A stretch of 32,000 bases of DNA from Bacillus subtilis subsp. subtilis str. 168 (GTDB lineage: Bacteria > Bacillota > Bacilli > Bacillales > Bacillaceae). The notes under the pieces are model-generated. The model saw only the letters and a program-made list of their open reading frames with translations, had not been told where the DNA came from and searched no databases. The DNA lies in assembly GCF_000009045.1 (NCBI RefSeq), contig NC_000964.3:3960001-3992000 (forward strand), written 5' to 3'. Below are positions 19,753 through 29,231 of the stretch, in pieces. The stretch's first letter is position 1. Each line of letters starts with the position of its first letter. The position numbers and the translations under genes are program-made.

Positions 19753-21105
19753 ATGGGAGAGCTTCAAACACACATGCAATTGCAAACGGATACAATTCAC
19801 GAAGGGGTTCGAAAAGAGAATTGGTTTGCGAAAGCCATGAATATAAAAGTAGGCATCATACCGCTTCCTGTGTATGCCTTGCTGTTTATATTAATCACTG
19901 TTTTTGTTATGCATCACGATGTAAAAAGTGACATTTTGACATCCATTGCCGTCATGGCGTTTTTCGGGTTTACCTTTGCCCAAATCGGCAAATCGATACC
20001 GATTGTTCGTTCTATCGGCGGCCCGGCCATCCTAGCTACTTTTATTCCGTCCGCTGTCGTGTACTATCACCTGCTGCCTAATGATATCGTCAAATCCACC
20101 ACAGAATTTACAGAAAACTCAAACTTTCTATATTTGTTTATCGCCGGTATTGTCGTCGGAAGCATTCTCGGCATGAAAAGAGAAACACTCGTAAAAGCAT
20201 TCATGAAAATCTTTATTCCGCTTATTGTCGGTTCTGTCACAGCCGCTATTGTCGGACTGGCTGTCGGGACATTGCTCGGACTCGGATTTCAGCATACCCT
20301 GCTGTACATTGTCATTCCGATCATGGCTGGAGGAGTCGGAGAAGGCGCTATCCCGCTGTCCATCGGATATTCTGACATCATGCCCATTTCTCAAGGGGAA
20401 GCGTTTGCACTTGTTCTGCCATCGATTATGCTGGGCAGCTTGTGCGCGATTATTCTAGCGGGATTGCTGAACCGAATCGGAAAGAAAAAACCGGAATGGA
20501 CAGGCAACGGCAAAGTGGACCGCTCCGAAGAAGAGTCCCCTGCGCTGGAGGAATCTCAAAGCGGACAGCAAATGTTCAACCTTTCTTTATTTGCGTCAGG
20601 CGGTATCCTTGCTGTTTCTTTATACTTAGTCGGCATGCTCGCTCACGATTTTTTCGGTTTTCCGGCACCCGTTGCCATGCTGTTACTGGCTGTTCTAATC
20701 AAGCTGTTCAGATTGGTGCCTGCCTCAATTGAAAATGGCGCGTTTGGAGTGTCCCGCTTCTTTTCAACAGCTGTGACCTACCCGCTTCTCTTTGCGATTG
20801 GGGTATCCATGACGCCGTGGGACAAGCTTGTCGCCGCTTTTAACCTCAGCAATATTATCACGATTCTGTCTGTCGTTGTGACCATGATGGCCGTTGGCTT
20901 CTTCACTGGAAAATGGCTGAACATGTATCCGATTGAAACCGCCATTATTAATGCATGCCATTCTGGGCAAGGCGGCACGGGTGACGTTGCCATTTTAAGC
21001 GCCGCTGAAAGGCTTGAGCTAATGCCTTTCGCCCAGGTGTCTACCCGCATCGGGGGCGCGATTACAGTATCCTTAACCTTATTGCTGCTGCACCAGTTTT
21101 ATTGA
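19753..21105 (+). CDS. cimH: Citrate/malate transporter, 2-hydroxycarboxylate transporter family
   Basis: 450 aa; GGGVGEGAIPLS-like motif (MAGGVGEGAIPLSIGY) and GTGDVAILSAAERLELMPFAQVSTRIGGA; SD GGGGAGG upstream. Confidence 0.95.
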   Translation: MGELQTHMQLQTDTIHEGVRKENWFAKAMNIKVGIIPLPVYALLFILITVFVMHHDVKSDILTSIAVMAFFGFTFAQIGKSIPIVRSIGGPAILATFIPSAVVYYHLLPNDIVKSTTEFTENSNFLYLFIAGIVVGSILGMKRETLVKAFMKIFIPLIVGSVTAAIVGLAVGTLLGLGFQHTLLYIVIPIMAGGVGEGAIPLSIGYSDIMPISQGEAFALVLPSIMLGSLCAIILAGLLNRIGKKKPEWTGNGKVDRSEEESPALEESQSGQQMFNLSLFASGGILAVSLYLVGMLAHDFFGFPAPVAMLLLAVLIKLFRLVPASIENGAFGVSRFFSTAVTYPLLFAIGVSMTPWDKLVAAFNLSNIITILSVVVTMMAVGFFTGKWLNMYPIETAIINACHSGQGGTGDVAILSAAERLELMPFAQVSTRIGGAITVSLTLLLLHQFY

Positions 21106-21112
21106 TCCCCGC

Positions 21113-21150
21113 AAGCAAGTTCTTCGTCAAACGAAAGAGCTTGCTTTTTT
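21113..21150 (+). terminator. Rho-independent terminator of cimH
   Basis: AAGCAAGTTCTT...AAGAGCTTGCTT followed by TTTT. Confidence 0.8.
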
Positions 21151-21226
21151 GCATGTCCATGTTTTTGCAAGTTCCCATCCCATGCTATAGTAATAGTTGG
21201 AAATACTAGATAGAAAGGAATCTGGC

Positions 21227-22915
21227 ATGCCTATGGGAACTCATCTATTTCTCTTTATGCTTCTCGGGCTGGGATTTTATTTGATATCAGCCCTAGCTGC
21301 AAAACTCATTCCGGCCATAGACTTCTGGATTGATATTGTTCTATGGGTCGGCGCTGCGGCTTACATCTTCTCTCATCTCTCATTCATGGACGGCATTGTC
21401 TCACTCGCGACAATGTTCTACTGCTATTGGACCGCAATGGATCTCATTGTTTCAGAGCGTGTGGAAAAACCTTCGGGAGACTGGCAGGAAATCGAGCTTG
21501 CCAAAAACAAAACACGCCTCCTGTCAGACATTACGCTGACCGCCATTGTGTTTGCAGGGGCTGTCATTTTTTTCATCTATGGACCTGACACAAGCCCTCT
21601 CAAATATGTGATCCTTCTCGGAATGATCTCCGGCGGAGGGGCACTTGTGAAGCGAATACTGAATGTTTTTAGCGTAAAGGTTTTTTATTCAGCAGCCTTA
21701 GAAAAATTGCATATCAGCTCACACTATGAAACCCGTACATACCCGCTTTCCGATTTGAAGAACATTCAGCTTGAATCAACAGCAGATCTCTTAAAGCTCC
21801 ATCCGCTTCTGACGATGTATTCATCCCGTTTAGATTTGACAACAAGCTTTCAGCAAGTCATTAAACTGTCTCTTCCCGGCGAAACACTGTTTCTGACGGT
21901 GAAGGAACCGCAAAAATGGAAAACAATTCTTCAGGAATACACAGATGCAGAAAACAATGTGGACAATGTGATTTCTGTTTTGCCGTTTTATCATCGAAAA
22001 AATGTGAAGCGGCTGCTCGGTAAGCTTTATTTTGCCGCCAGCGTAAAAGGGGTATCCGCTTACGCCTTATTGGTGCTCGCGTTATACGCATTACACGCCT
22101 CTCCATGGGTCATGGCTGTTGCCGTAATCCTATATTGGGTATTCAACATGTATATGTCAGACCGTGTGTTGCGGGCGGCGATGGACGCCAAGTCTTGTCA
22201 TCATCCGCATGTACAGGCCGCGGCCGATAAGATTTTCAGATCGGCCGGCATTTCCCATGTCCGCATATACGAAACGGAGAGTGATGATTACAACGGAATG
22301 GCAGTAGGCATGAATGTCGGGAGGTCAATGGTCATCCTGACAAGCGCCACACTAACACTTCCACAGCGTGTCATTGAAGGCATTCTGGCCCATGAGGCGA
22401 TTCATATCAAAAAACGTGACGTTCTGTCATCACAGCTTTTGCGTTTTCTATATCTTGGAGCTGTCGTGGGGATTTTCCTCTTGTTTGAGCAGCATATCAC
22501 CCATCCCGAGGCCCACAAAATTGCGCTTTGGGCTTTCATTATGGCAATCATTATCCTATTCCAGCTCTATCAATCCTTTTGTTCACAATGGATGGAGGTG
22601 CGTGCTGACAACCTTGGCGCATCATTGCTGGACGGCGGTTACAAACAAATGGCTGAAGCCTTGAGAATCTTGGCGGTTCGGCAAGATGAGGATATACAGA
22701 AACAAAGTGCCTATAGCTCTGAAGCAGGTGAAGACGAGCTTCAAATTGATTCTCTCACCCGTGATAAAAGCTGGTTTTTCAGATTGATTGATTTTCAGTT
22801 CGCTCCTCATCCTCCTATGTATTGGCGTGTCGGCACTTTATTGTCAAACAAAGGACATGGGGTGCTAAAGCGCTGGCTCAGAGACCGACTGAAAGAATCG
22901 ATCACTTTGAAATGA
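21227..22915 (+). CDS. yxkI: Membrane protein with M48-type (HtpX/Ste24-like) metallopeptidase domain
   Basis: About 562 aa from ATG at 21227 with SD GAAAGGAA; zinc motif HEAIH in [14 protein letters not shown]; several TM segments. Confidence 0.85.
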
Positions 22916-22972
22916 AACCGGTCAGCGTTTCATCCGTATAACAGATATGGTGAAAAAAGGGAGTGACGCGAA

Positions 22973-23173
22973 GTGATTGTGATCATCTTATTGTTTATAT
23001 CTATTATTGTTTTTCTTTCAGTCATTCAGCCGCAGCCCTCGAAAAACAAAAGCCGCCAGCAGGCGGACAGCGGGTATTTCGGTTATTCAGATCATAGCTC
23101 ACACCATGATGGATGCAGCAGTGACGGAGGTTTCAGCGATTCCGGCTGTGGCGGCGGAGGGGGCGGCGATTAA
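22973..23173 (+). CDS. yxzE: Small single-TM Gly/Ser/His-rich peptide of unknown function (historically labelled putative bacteriocin)
   Basis: 66 aa, GTG start with upstream AAAGGGAG; hydrophobic N-terminus then SGYFGYSDHSSHHDGCSSDGGFSDSGCGGGGGGD; own terminator follows. Confidence 0.75.
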   Translation: MIVIILLFISIIVFLSVIQPQPSKNKSRQQADSGYFGYSDHSSHHDGCSSDGGFSDSGCGGGGGGD

Positions 23174-23188
23174 ACGCCGCCTTTTTTT
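23162..23188 (+). terminator. Rho-independent terminator of yxzE
   Basis: GGCGGCG-ATTAAA-CGCCGCC-TTTTTTT; TAA stop falls in the loop. Confidence 0.8.
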
Positions 23189-24026
23189 ATTTCATTGATT
23201 CGATGTACGCACCAAAAGCCGAGCCTGACATGCCTGGGGACACGCGCACACGATGGAGGGCATACATTCCCTGGTCTCTCGAAGCCGCGCCCGGTTCTGT
23301 CGTCACGCCCATTTGATAGCCTGTTTTTTCAGCGGCCTTCAGCGTCTCCTCATTGTAGCGCCCTACCGGATAGCTGATGATGGTGGTTTGCTGATGAAAC
23401 ATGTTGTCGAACAGCTTTTTCGAATCAGCCATCTCACTTTGCTGCTGTTGAGGCGTTAATCCGTTCAGCTCAAGGTGGTCAATCGTATGGCTTTCAATCG
23501 ATATGCCGTGCTGTGCCATTTCCTTCATTTGTTCCTCTGTCAGATGGTGCTTATGTCCGATCGATTTGCCGATCATAAAAATCGTTGCCTTCATCCCGTA
23601 CTTTTTCAGCACCGGATACGCATCTTGATAATTGTCGGTGTACCCGTCATCAAATGTGATCAGCACGCACTTCTCACTCGGTTTTTTATCCTGCGTCAGC
23701 ATGAGAGATGCCTCTTTCGGCGTTAATGTCTGATAGCCGTTATCATGAAGCCACTTCATATGCGCCTCGAATTCTTTCTTTGGCACACGGAGGCTGTTTC
23801 CTGAAGAAATGCTGTGGTACATCAAAATCGGCAGCTTTGCCGGTTTCTCTGTTTTGATCCATGCGGATGTATCGTCTTCTTTTTTCTGAACTTGTACTGC
23901 CTTTTTTTCCGGTTTCTTTTGTTCCGCTTTTGGCATCGGCTGCTCTGCATTCGCCTCTTGATCAGCACAAGCCGCAAGAGCCAAACAGCTGCCCAAAAGA
24001 AAGATGCTTAAAAACAATCGTTTCAT
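23187..24026 (-). CDS. yxkH: Polysaccharide deacetylase-family lipoprotein
   Basis: 279 aa; lipobox LAAC, ILMYHSI, ITFDDGYTDNYQDAYPVLKKY, SHTIDHLEL motifs of NodB-type CE4 enzymes. Confidence 0.92.
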   Translation of the reverse strand: MKRLFLSIFLLGSCLALAACADQEANAEQPMPKAEQKKPEKKAVQVQKKEDDTSAWIKTEKPAKLPILMYHSISSGNSLRVPKKEFEAHMKWLHDNGYQTLTPKEASLMLTQDKKPSEKCVLITFDDGYTDNYQDAYPVLKKYGMKATIFMIGKSIGHKHHLTEEQMKEMAQHGISIESHTIDHLELNGLTPQQQQSEMADSKKLFDNMFHQQTTIISYPVGRYNEETLKAAEKTGYQMGVTTEPGAASRDQGMYALHRVRVSPGMSGSAFGAYIESMK

Positions 24027-24094
24027 CGTTCTCCTGCTTTCTGTCTATTTCTTCCTCCTTTTTCATCGGTTTGATTCTGAGATTTTCAATAGCA

Positions 24095-24128
24095 AAAAAC
24101 CGGACATGTCTCCATGTCCGGTTTTTTT
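24095..24128 (-). terminator. Rho-independent terminator of msmX
   Basis: Perfect 15-bp stem AAAAAACCGGACATG-TCTC-CATGTCCGGTTTTTT between msmX and yxkH. Confidence 0.85.
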
Positions 24129-24132
24129 GATC

Positions 24133-25230
24133 TTATCGGATTCTCACTTCTGTCTCACTGTCAAAGAAATGGCCTTTATTCATATCAAATGCAACCGTCA
24201 GCTCATCGCCCGATTGAATATCGAGGCGGGCGTCGATCCGCGCAATAAAGTCTTGGTTGTCTATCTGCGAATAAATCATAATTTCAGAACCGAGCAGCTC
24301 TGCAACATTAATTTTCGCCTTAATCGAAGAGTTCTTATATGATTCCACGACAATCAATTCATCATGTATATCCTCAGGACGGATGCCGAAGATGACCTCT
24401 TTGCCGATGTAGCCTTTTTCACGCAGCACTTTCATTTTTCCTTCCGGGACGGTTAATGCCGCAGAACCGATTTTGATTAAGCCATCCGTGAGCTTTCCTT
24501 TGAAAAAATTCATCGCCGGTGATCCGATAAACCCGCCGACAAAGACGTTTTCAGGGAATTCATATACATCCTTCGGCGTCCCGATCTGCTGAATTTTCCC
24601 ATCTTTCATGACTACAATCCGTGTCGCCATTGTCAGCGCTTCTGTCTGGTCATGCGTCACATAAATCGTTGTAGTCTGCAATCTCTGGTGGAGCTTAATG
24701 ATTTCCGCCCGCATTTGCACCCTCAGCTTCGCGTCCAGGTTTGACAAAGGCTCATCCATCAGGAACACCTTTGCATCCCGCACGATTGCCCGGCCCAGCG
24801 CAACCCGCTGTCTCTGTCCGCCTGACAGCGCTTTCGGTTTACGGTGCAAATATTCCTCAAGCCCGAGAATTTTAGCGGCTTCTTCGACTCTTTTTTTGAT
24901 TTCAGGCTTCGGCATTTTCCGAAGCTTGAGCCCGAACGCGATATTATCGTAGACCGTCATATGCGGATAAAGCGCGTAGTTCTGAAATACCATCGCGATA
25001 TCCCTGTCCTTTGGCGCTACATCATTGACCCGTTTTCCTTCAATATAAAAATCACCTTTCGAAATTTCTTCAAGTCCTGCGACCATTCGCAGCGTCGTTG
25101 ATTTCCCGCAGCCGGACGGGCCGACGAATACGATAAATTCCTTATCGGCAATATGAAGGTTAAAGTCATCAACCGCCGGTTCCTTCTGATCATAAAATTT
25201 ATAAATGTGCTCCATCCGCAATTCAGCCAT
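24133..25230 (-). CDS. msmX: Multiple-sugar ABC transporter ATP-binding protein (shared ATPase)
   Basis: 365 aa; GPSGCGKSTTLRMVAGLE, LSGGQRQRVALGRAIV, VFLMDEPLSNLDAKLRVQMR, C-terminal TOBE/MalK-like domain. Confidence 0.95.
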   Translation of the reverse strand: MAELRMEHIYKFYDQKEPAVDDFNLHIADKEFIVFVGPSGCGKSTTLRMVAGLEEISKGDFYIEGKRVNDVAPKDRDIAMVFQNYALYPHMTVYDNIAFGLKLRKMPKPEIKKRVEEAAKILGLEEYLHRKPKALSGGQRQRVALGRAIVRDAKVFLMDEPLSNLDAKLRVQMRAEIIKLHQRLQTTTIYVTHDQTEALTMATRIVVMKDGKIQQIGTPKDVYEFPENVFVGGFIGSPAMNFFKGKLTDGLIKIGSAALTVPEGKMKVLREKGYIGKEVIFGIRPEDIHDELIVVESYKNSSIKAKINVAELLGSEIMIYSQIDNQDFIARIDARLDIQSGDELTVAFDMNKGHFFDSETEVRIR

Positions 25231-25250
25231 CTAACATCCCCCTTTGTTAT

Positions 25251-25264
25251 TGTAAACGCTTTCT
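25251..25264 (-). promoter_or_regulatory. Candidate cre box upstream of msmX
   Basis: Minus strand AGAAAGCGTTTACA, one mismatch (first base) from TGWAANCGNTNWCA, ending 21 nt before the msmX start. Confidence 0.5.
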
Positions 25265-25350
25265 TATATTGAGTGTAACAGCAATTCCCTCTCGCTAAAA
25301 TGGGCAGCGTTCATAAAATCACCCAGCCATTTTTCGTGCATATTTCCAAT

Positions 25351-26244
25351 TTATTCTGAACTTTCATTTTGCAGGCAGATAAAATAGGCAAGAAGCGCGC
25401 CTTTGTACGATTTGATATCTATCCCTGACCGCTCAATAAATTTATCAATCCGATATTGCAGGCTGTTGCGATGCAGATGCAGCTTTTTCGCTGTTAATGT
25501 GACGTTTGAGTTGTTTTCAATAAACAGCTTAATGGTCTTCCTTAGCTCAGATTCACTTCCAAATAAAAGCTCAGCTTCTTCAGAGAGCAGTGTTTCCAGT
25601 TTTTCTTTTTCTGTTTCTAATAATAGAAAAGGAAAGATCATCTCAAAGGTCACACTCTGCACCTGAGGCAGCCGTTTTTCAGCAAACAGGAAATACGCCT
25701 GTTCACGAGCGTAATGTTTTCGCAGACACTCATCCGGCTCGTAAAATCTTCCGGCGTAAAAACGGACACTGAAGTAGAAATCACTTTCAAGAACCTTAGC
25801 GAGCGATTCCAGTTCGTCCTTCTCCGCCGCCGCTTCACTTTCCTGCTCGACAATCACACCTCTGTCCTCATGGATCCACACAATCACAAAAGACACCGGC
25901 CAAAAATGGCGAACCGCTTCCGTAAAGGACGTCCTTTCTATTTTGCCGAATAAATGAAAGTGAACAAATCTCGTCCGTTTCTTTATATACGCCGGCAATT
26001 CCCCTCTGGAAAAAAGGAACGAAAACCACTTGTTTTCCTCAGGTGATTTCATAGACAGTTGATTGCCCTCATCCGCAGGCGTCAAAAATGACTGCAGCAC
26101 CAATACTTCTTTTTCACTGATCTCTGTTTTCGGAATGGAGATATATCTCTGATTGCTCTCATCAAAAAAACATAGACAGCCTTCCCTTATGCAAAGCTCC
26201 TCAGACACAATCGAACCGGGATAAATAGCCAGCAGCGATTTCAT
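25351..26244 (-). CDS. yxkF: PucR-type helix-turn-helix transcriptional regulator
   Basis: 297 aa; C-terminal HTH TLRLFIENNSNVTLTAKKLHLHRNSLQYRIDKFIERSGID (ORF shows RKTIKLFIENNSNVTLTAKKLHLHRNSLQYRID), typical PucR_HTH_30. Confidence 0.85.
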   Translation of the reverse strand: MKSLLAIYPGSIVSEELCIREGCLCFFDESNQRYISIPKTEISEKEVLVLQSFLTPADEGNQLSMKSPEENKWFSFLFSRGELPAYIKKRTRFVHFHLFGKIERTSFTEAVRHFWPVSFVIVWIHEDRGVIVEQESEAAAEKDELESLAKVLESDFYFSVRFYAGRFYEPDECLRKHYAREQAYFLFAEKRLPQVQSVTFEMIFPFLLLETEKEKLETLLSEEAELLFGSESELRKTIKLFIENNSNVTLTAKKLHLHRNSLQYRIDKFIERSGIDIKSYKGALLAYFICLQNESSE

Positions 26245-26365
26245 AGAGTCTCCTCTCTTATGTAAGGATCTGTATATTCAGTATAAGGCGAAACACACAT
26301 GTTCTCCACTAAAAAAGAGTATATCCGGTATAGATAGACGAGAAACTGAAAGGGAAACCTCATTC

Positions 26366-26391
26366 GTTTACATATTGGCTTCAGCGGAAAT
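26366..26391 (+). promoter_or_regulatory. Candidate sigma-B promoter of aldY
   Basis: GTTTAC (26366-26371), 14-nt spacer, GGAAAT (26386-26391); near GTTTAA/GGGTAT. Confidence 0.5.
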
Positions 26392-26427
26392 AGAAGAAGA
26401 CATGCAGGACCAAAGGAGGGTCATCTT

Positions 26428-27885
26428 ATGAGTTTCGAAACGTTAAACAAAAGTTTTATCAACGGAAAATGGACTGGGGGAGAAAGCGGACGTACGGAGG
26501 ACATTTTGAATCCGTATGACCAGTCTGTGATCACAACAGCATCTTTGGCAACGGGCAAACAGCTTGAGGATGCGTTTGACATTGCACAGAAAGCCCAAAA
26601 AGAGTGGGCCAAGAGCACGACGGAAGACCGAAAAGCCGTGCTGCAAAAAGCGCGCGGCTATTTACACGAAAACCGTGATGACATCATTATGATGATCGCC
26701 CGCGAAACTGGCGGAACGATCATTAAATCAACAATCGAGCTGGAACAAACGATTGCGATTTTAGATGAAGCCATGACGTATACTGGTGAATTAGGCGGCG
26801 TCAAAGAGGTGCCATCCGACATTGAAGGGAAAACCAATAAGATTTACCGCCTTCCGCTAGGTGTCATTTCATCGATTTCTCCATTTAATTTCCCAATGAA
26901 TCTATCCATGAGATCCATTGCGCCCGCAATTGCGCTGGGTAACAGCGTTGTTCACAAGCCTGATATCCAAACTGCTATTTCCGGCGGGACCATCATTGCG
27001 AAAGCGTTTGAACACGCCGGTCTTCCTGCCGGTGTCCTTAACGTCATGCTGACGGATGTAAAGGAAATCGGGGACGGCATGCTCACCAATCCAATCCCGA
27101 GATTAATCAGCTTTACAGGGTCAACAGCAGTCGGGCGCCACATCGGTGAAATCGCCGGTCGCGCCTTCAAACGAATGGCACTTGAGCTCGGCGGCAACAA
27201 TCCATTTGCCGTTCTTTCAGATGCGGATGTCGATCGTGCTGTGGATGCCGCGATTTTCGGAAAATTTATTCACCAGGGACAAATCTGTATGATTATCAAC
27301 AGGATCATCGTTCATCAAGATGTATACGATGAGTTTGTAGAAAAATTCACCGCCCGTGTCAAACAGCTTCCGTACGGCGATCAAACCGATCCGAAAACCG
27401 TTGTCGGCCCGCTGATCAACGAGCGCCAAATCGAGAAAGCGCTGGAGATCATTGAGCAGGCAAAGACAGACGGCATTGAGCTTGCGGTTGAAGGAAAACG
27501 CGTCGGAAACGTGCTGACGCCGTACGTCTTTGTCGGTGCGGACAACAACAGCAAAATTGCCCAAACGGAGCTGTTTGCCCCAATCGCAACCATTATTAAA
27601 GCTGGCAGCGACCAGGAAGCGATTGACATGGCAAATGATACTGAATACGGCCTCAGCTCTGCGGTTTTCACTTCTGATTTAGAAAAAGGCGAAAAGTTCG
27701 CCCTGCAAATTGACAGCGGCATGACCCATGTCAACGACCAGTCCGTCAATGATTCGCCGAATATTGCCTTTGGCGGAAACAAAGCAAGCGGTGTCGGCCG
27801 TTTCGGCAATCCGTGGGTCGTCGAGGAATTTACCGTGACGAAATGGATTTCGATACAGAAGCAATACCGCAAATATCCGTTCTAA
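26428..27885 (+). CDS. aldY: NAD(P)-dependent aldehyde dehydrogenase
   Basis: 485 aa; ISFTGSTAVGRHIG, MALELGGNNPFAVL, HQGQICMIINR catalytic region. Confidence 0.95.
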   Translation: MSFETLNKSFINGKWTGGESGRTEDILNPYDQSVITTASLATGKQLEDAFDIAQKAQKEWAKSTTEDRKAVLQKARGYLHENRDDIIMMIARETGGTIIKSTIELEQTIAILDEAMTYTGELGGVKEVPSDIEGKTNKIYRLPLGVISSISPFNFPMNLSMRSIAPAIALGNSVVHKPDIQTAISGGTIIAKAFEHAGLPAGVLNVMLTDVKEIGDGMLTNPIPRLISFTGSTAVGRHIGEIAGRAFKRMALELGGNNPFAVLSDADVDRAVDAAIFGKFIHQGQICMIINRIIVHQDVYDEFVEKFTARVKQLPYGDQTDPKTVVGPLINERQIEKALEIIEQAKTDGIELAVEGKRVGNVLTPYVFVGADNNSKIAQTELFAPIATIIKAGSDQEAIDMANDTEYGLSSAVFTSDLEKGEKFALQIDSGMTHVNDQSVNDSPNIAFGGNKASGVGRFGNPWVVEEFTVTKWISIQKQYRKYPF

Positions 27886-27889
27886 ATGA

Positions 27890-27924
27890 AAAAATCCCTC
27901 TGTTTCAAGTACAGAGGGATTTTT
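27890..27924 (+). terminator. Bidirectional terminator between convergent aldY and yxkD
   Basis: Perfect 14-bp stem AAAAATCCCTCTGT-TTCAAGT-ACAGAGGGATTTTT, A-run and T-run on both sides. Confidence 0.9.
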
Positions 27925-27926
27925 CT

Positions 27927-28763
27927 TTATTTAGATATATCCACAAACCCTTCGCCAAACACATCGCGTACGTCATGTACGATCACAAACGCTTTTTTGT
28001 CGCAGCTTCTAATGATTTTTTTCAGCATAGACAGCTCCTGTTTGTTAATGACGATATACAAAATCTCTTTTGACTGGCCCGTATAATTTCCCTTCCCTGA
28101 TAAAATCGTCACGCCCCGATCCATCAAGGTATTTACCTGCTCTGCAATCTCACTCTTATTTTCTGAAATGACCGTAATGGCTTTTTTCGTATTCAAACCT
28201 TCAATAATGAAGTCCATCACTTTGGTACCGATATACAGCATCACGATCGTAAACATCATTTTTTCTGCACCAATAATAAAATAAGAGCTAAATACTACGA
28301 TTAAATCAAAAAACAAGAGTGCATAGCTGATATTCCAGTCTAAATATTTATTAGCAATTCTGGCCAGAATCGCGGAACCGGCCGTCGTCCCGCCGACCCG
28401 GATAATCATGCCGATCCCGACTCCGGCAAATACACCTGCGAAAATCGTATTAATGATCAATTCATCAGACGGAATGCTCCACCCATGTGTCAGATGAAGA
28501 AAAAGCGAATTTGCCGCAACCGCAATGATCGTATAAACCGTTGTTTTTCCATCAAGAAACTTGTAGCCGATTAAAAGCAAAAACGCATTTAAGATAAAGT
28601 TCGTGACACCAGGAGACCATTGAAACAGATAATACAAAATCAGCGTAATCCCAGTGACTCCGCCTTCCCCAAGATCATTGGGAATCGCAAATAAATTAAC
28701 CGCAAGCGCGAAGAAAAAAGCGCCAATCACAAGCATAAGTACATCCAGCATTCTCTTTTTCAT
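27927..28763 (-). CDS. yxkD: YitT-family membrane protein (DUF161 + DUF2179)
   Basis: 278 aa from MKKRMLDVLMLVIGAFFFALAVNLF (start at 28763, SD AAAAGGAG); YitT/YpjC family signature GEGGVTGITLILYYLFQWSPG. Confidence 0.93.
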   Translation of the reverse strand: MKKRMLDVLMLVIGAFFFALAVNLFAIPNDLGEGGVTGITLILYYLFQWSPGVTNFILNAFLLLIGYKFLDGKTTVYTIIAVAANSLFLHLTHGWSIPSDELIINTIFAGVFAGVGIGMIIRVGGTTAGSAILARIANKYLDWNISYALLFFDLIVVFSSYFIIGAEKMMFTIVMLYIGTKVMDFIIEGLNTKKAITVISENKSEIAEQVNTLMDRGVTILSGKGNYTGQSKEILYIVINKQELSMLKKIIRSCDKKAFVIVHDVRDVFGEGFVDISK

Positions 28764-28802
28764 CACGAAAACACTCCTTTTCATTGTTCTGTTCTAGCAA
28801 AT

Positions 28803-28945
28803 AAAAAAACCCAGGAGAACGCTCTCGAAAAAGAGCAGAAACTCCTGGGCTTTTATCCCACCGTGTCATAACAGCCAAGCTGCTATGTGTTTTCTCTCGG
28901 TCACAGTCCAATTTGCATTGCGGAACCCTAGAAAACCACTGTTTT
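28803..28945 (-). promoter_or_regulatory. Guanidine-I riboswitch (ykkC-yxkD motif) with overlapping intrinsic terminator, controlling yxkD
   Basis: Minus strand reads ..AGTGGTTTTCTAGGGTTCCGCAATGC..GACTGTGACCGAGAGAAAACACA..GACACGGTGGGATAAAAGCCCAGGAG..., matching conserved CUAGGGUUCCG, CCGAGAG, ACACGG and GGGAUAAAAGCCC blocks. The terminator CCCAGGAG/CTCCTGGG (28849-28842 with 28817-28810) is followed by seven U (28809-28803). Confidence 0.93.
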
Positions 28946-28976
28946 TATCATATCCTTTTCACTTTCCAATATTAGC

Positions 28977-29005
28977 ATTATAAGGGACGGTTCGAATTGG
29001 TTCAA
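28977..29005 (-). promoter_or_regulatory. Sigma-A promoter of the riboswitch-yxkD transcript
   Basis: Minus strand TTGAAC (29005-29000), 17-nt spacer, TATAAT (28982-28977). Confidence 0.8.
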
Positions 29006-29060
29006 GGGGTATTTGCGGAGTTTTCATCAGATAAGCTGGAAAAAAATACGATTTATCTAT

Positions 29061-29087
29061 TAAAAAAGAACAGATATAACCGATAAG
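29061..29087 (+). promoter_or_regulatory. Candidate sigma-D promoter of yxkC
   Basis: TAAA (29061-29064), 14-nt gap, ACCGATAA (29079-29086) versus the sigma-D pattern TAAA-N14-16-GCCGATAT. Confidence 0.6.
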
Positions 29088-29231
29088 AAAAAAAGCATAT
29101 ATTTTACAAGCGAATGTAACTATAAATGATAATAATTATAAGAAATTCATAATTTTATATTGACTAAGAGAAATAATATAGGCATTATAGTACATATGTT
29201 TCGTACATTTTATTACATAGGAGGAAATATA

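Noticed and set aside
24095-24128. Long perfect palindrome that might be an operator or recombination site
   Set aside because: A 15-bp stem with 4-nt loop, A/T tracts and position right after msmX make it an ordinary intrinsic terminator.
23195-24130. Short plus-strand ORFs opposite yxkH and msmX (60-112 aa)
   Set aside because: They lie entirely or mostly antisense to strong coding sequences, without good SD sequences or recognisable domains.
28968-29160. Very AT-rich intergenic region possibly marking an insertion or foreign DNA
   Set aside because: It is accounted for by the riboswitch promoter and yxkC upstream region; no terminal repeats, integrase or transposase remnants seen.
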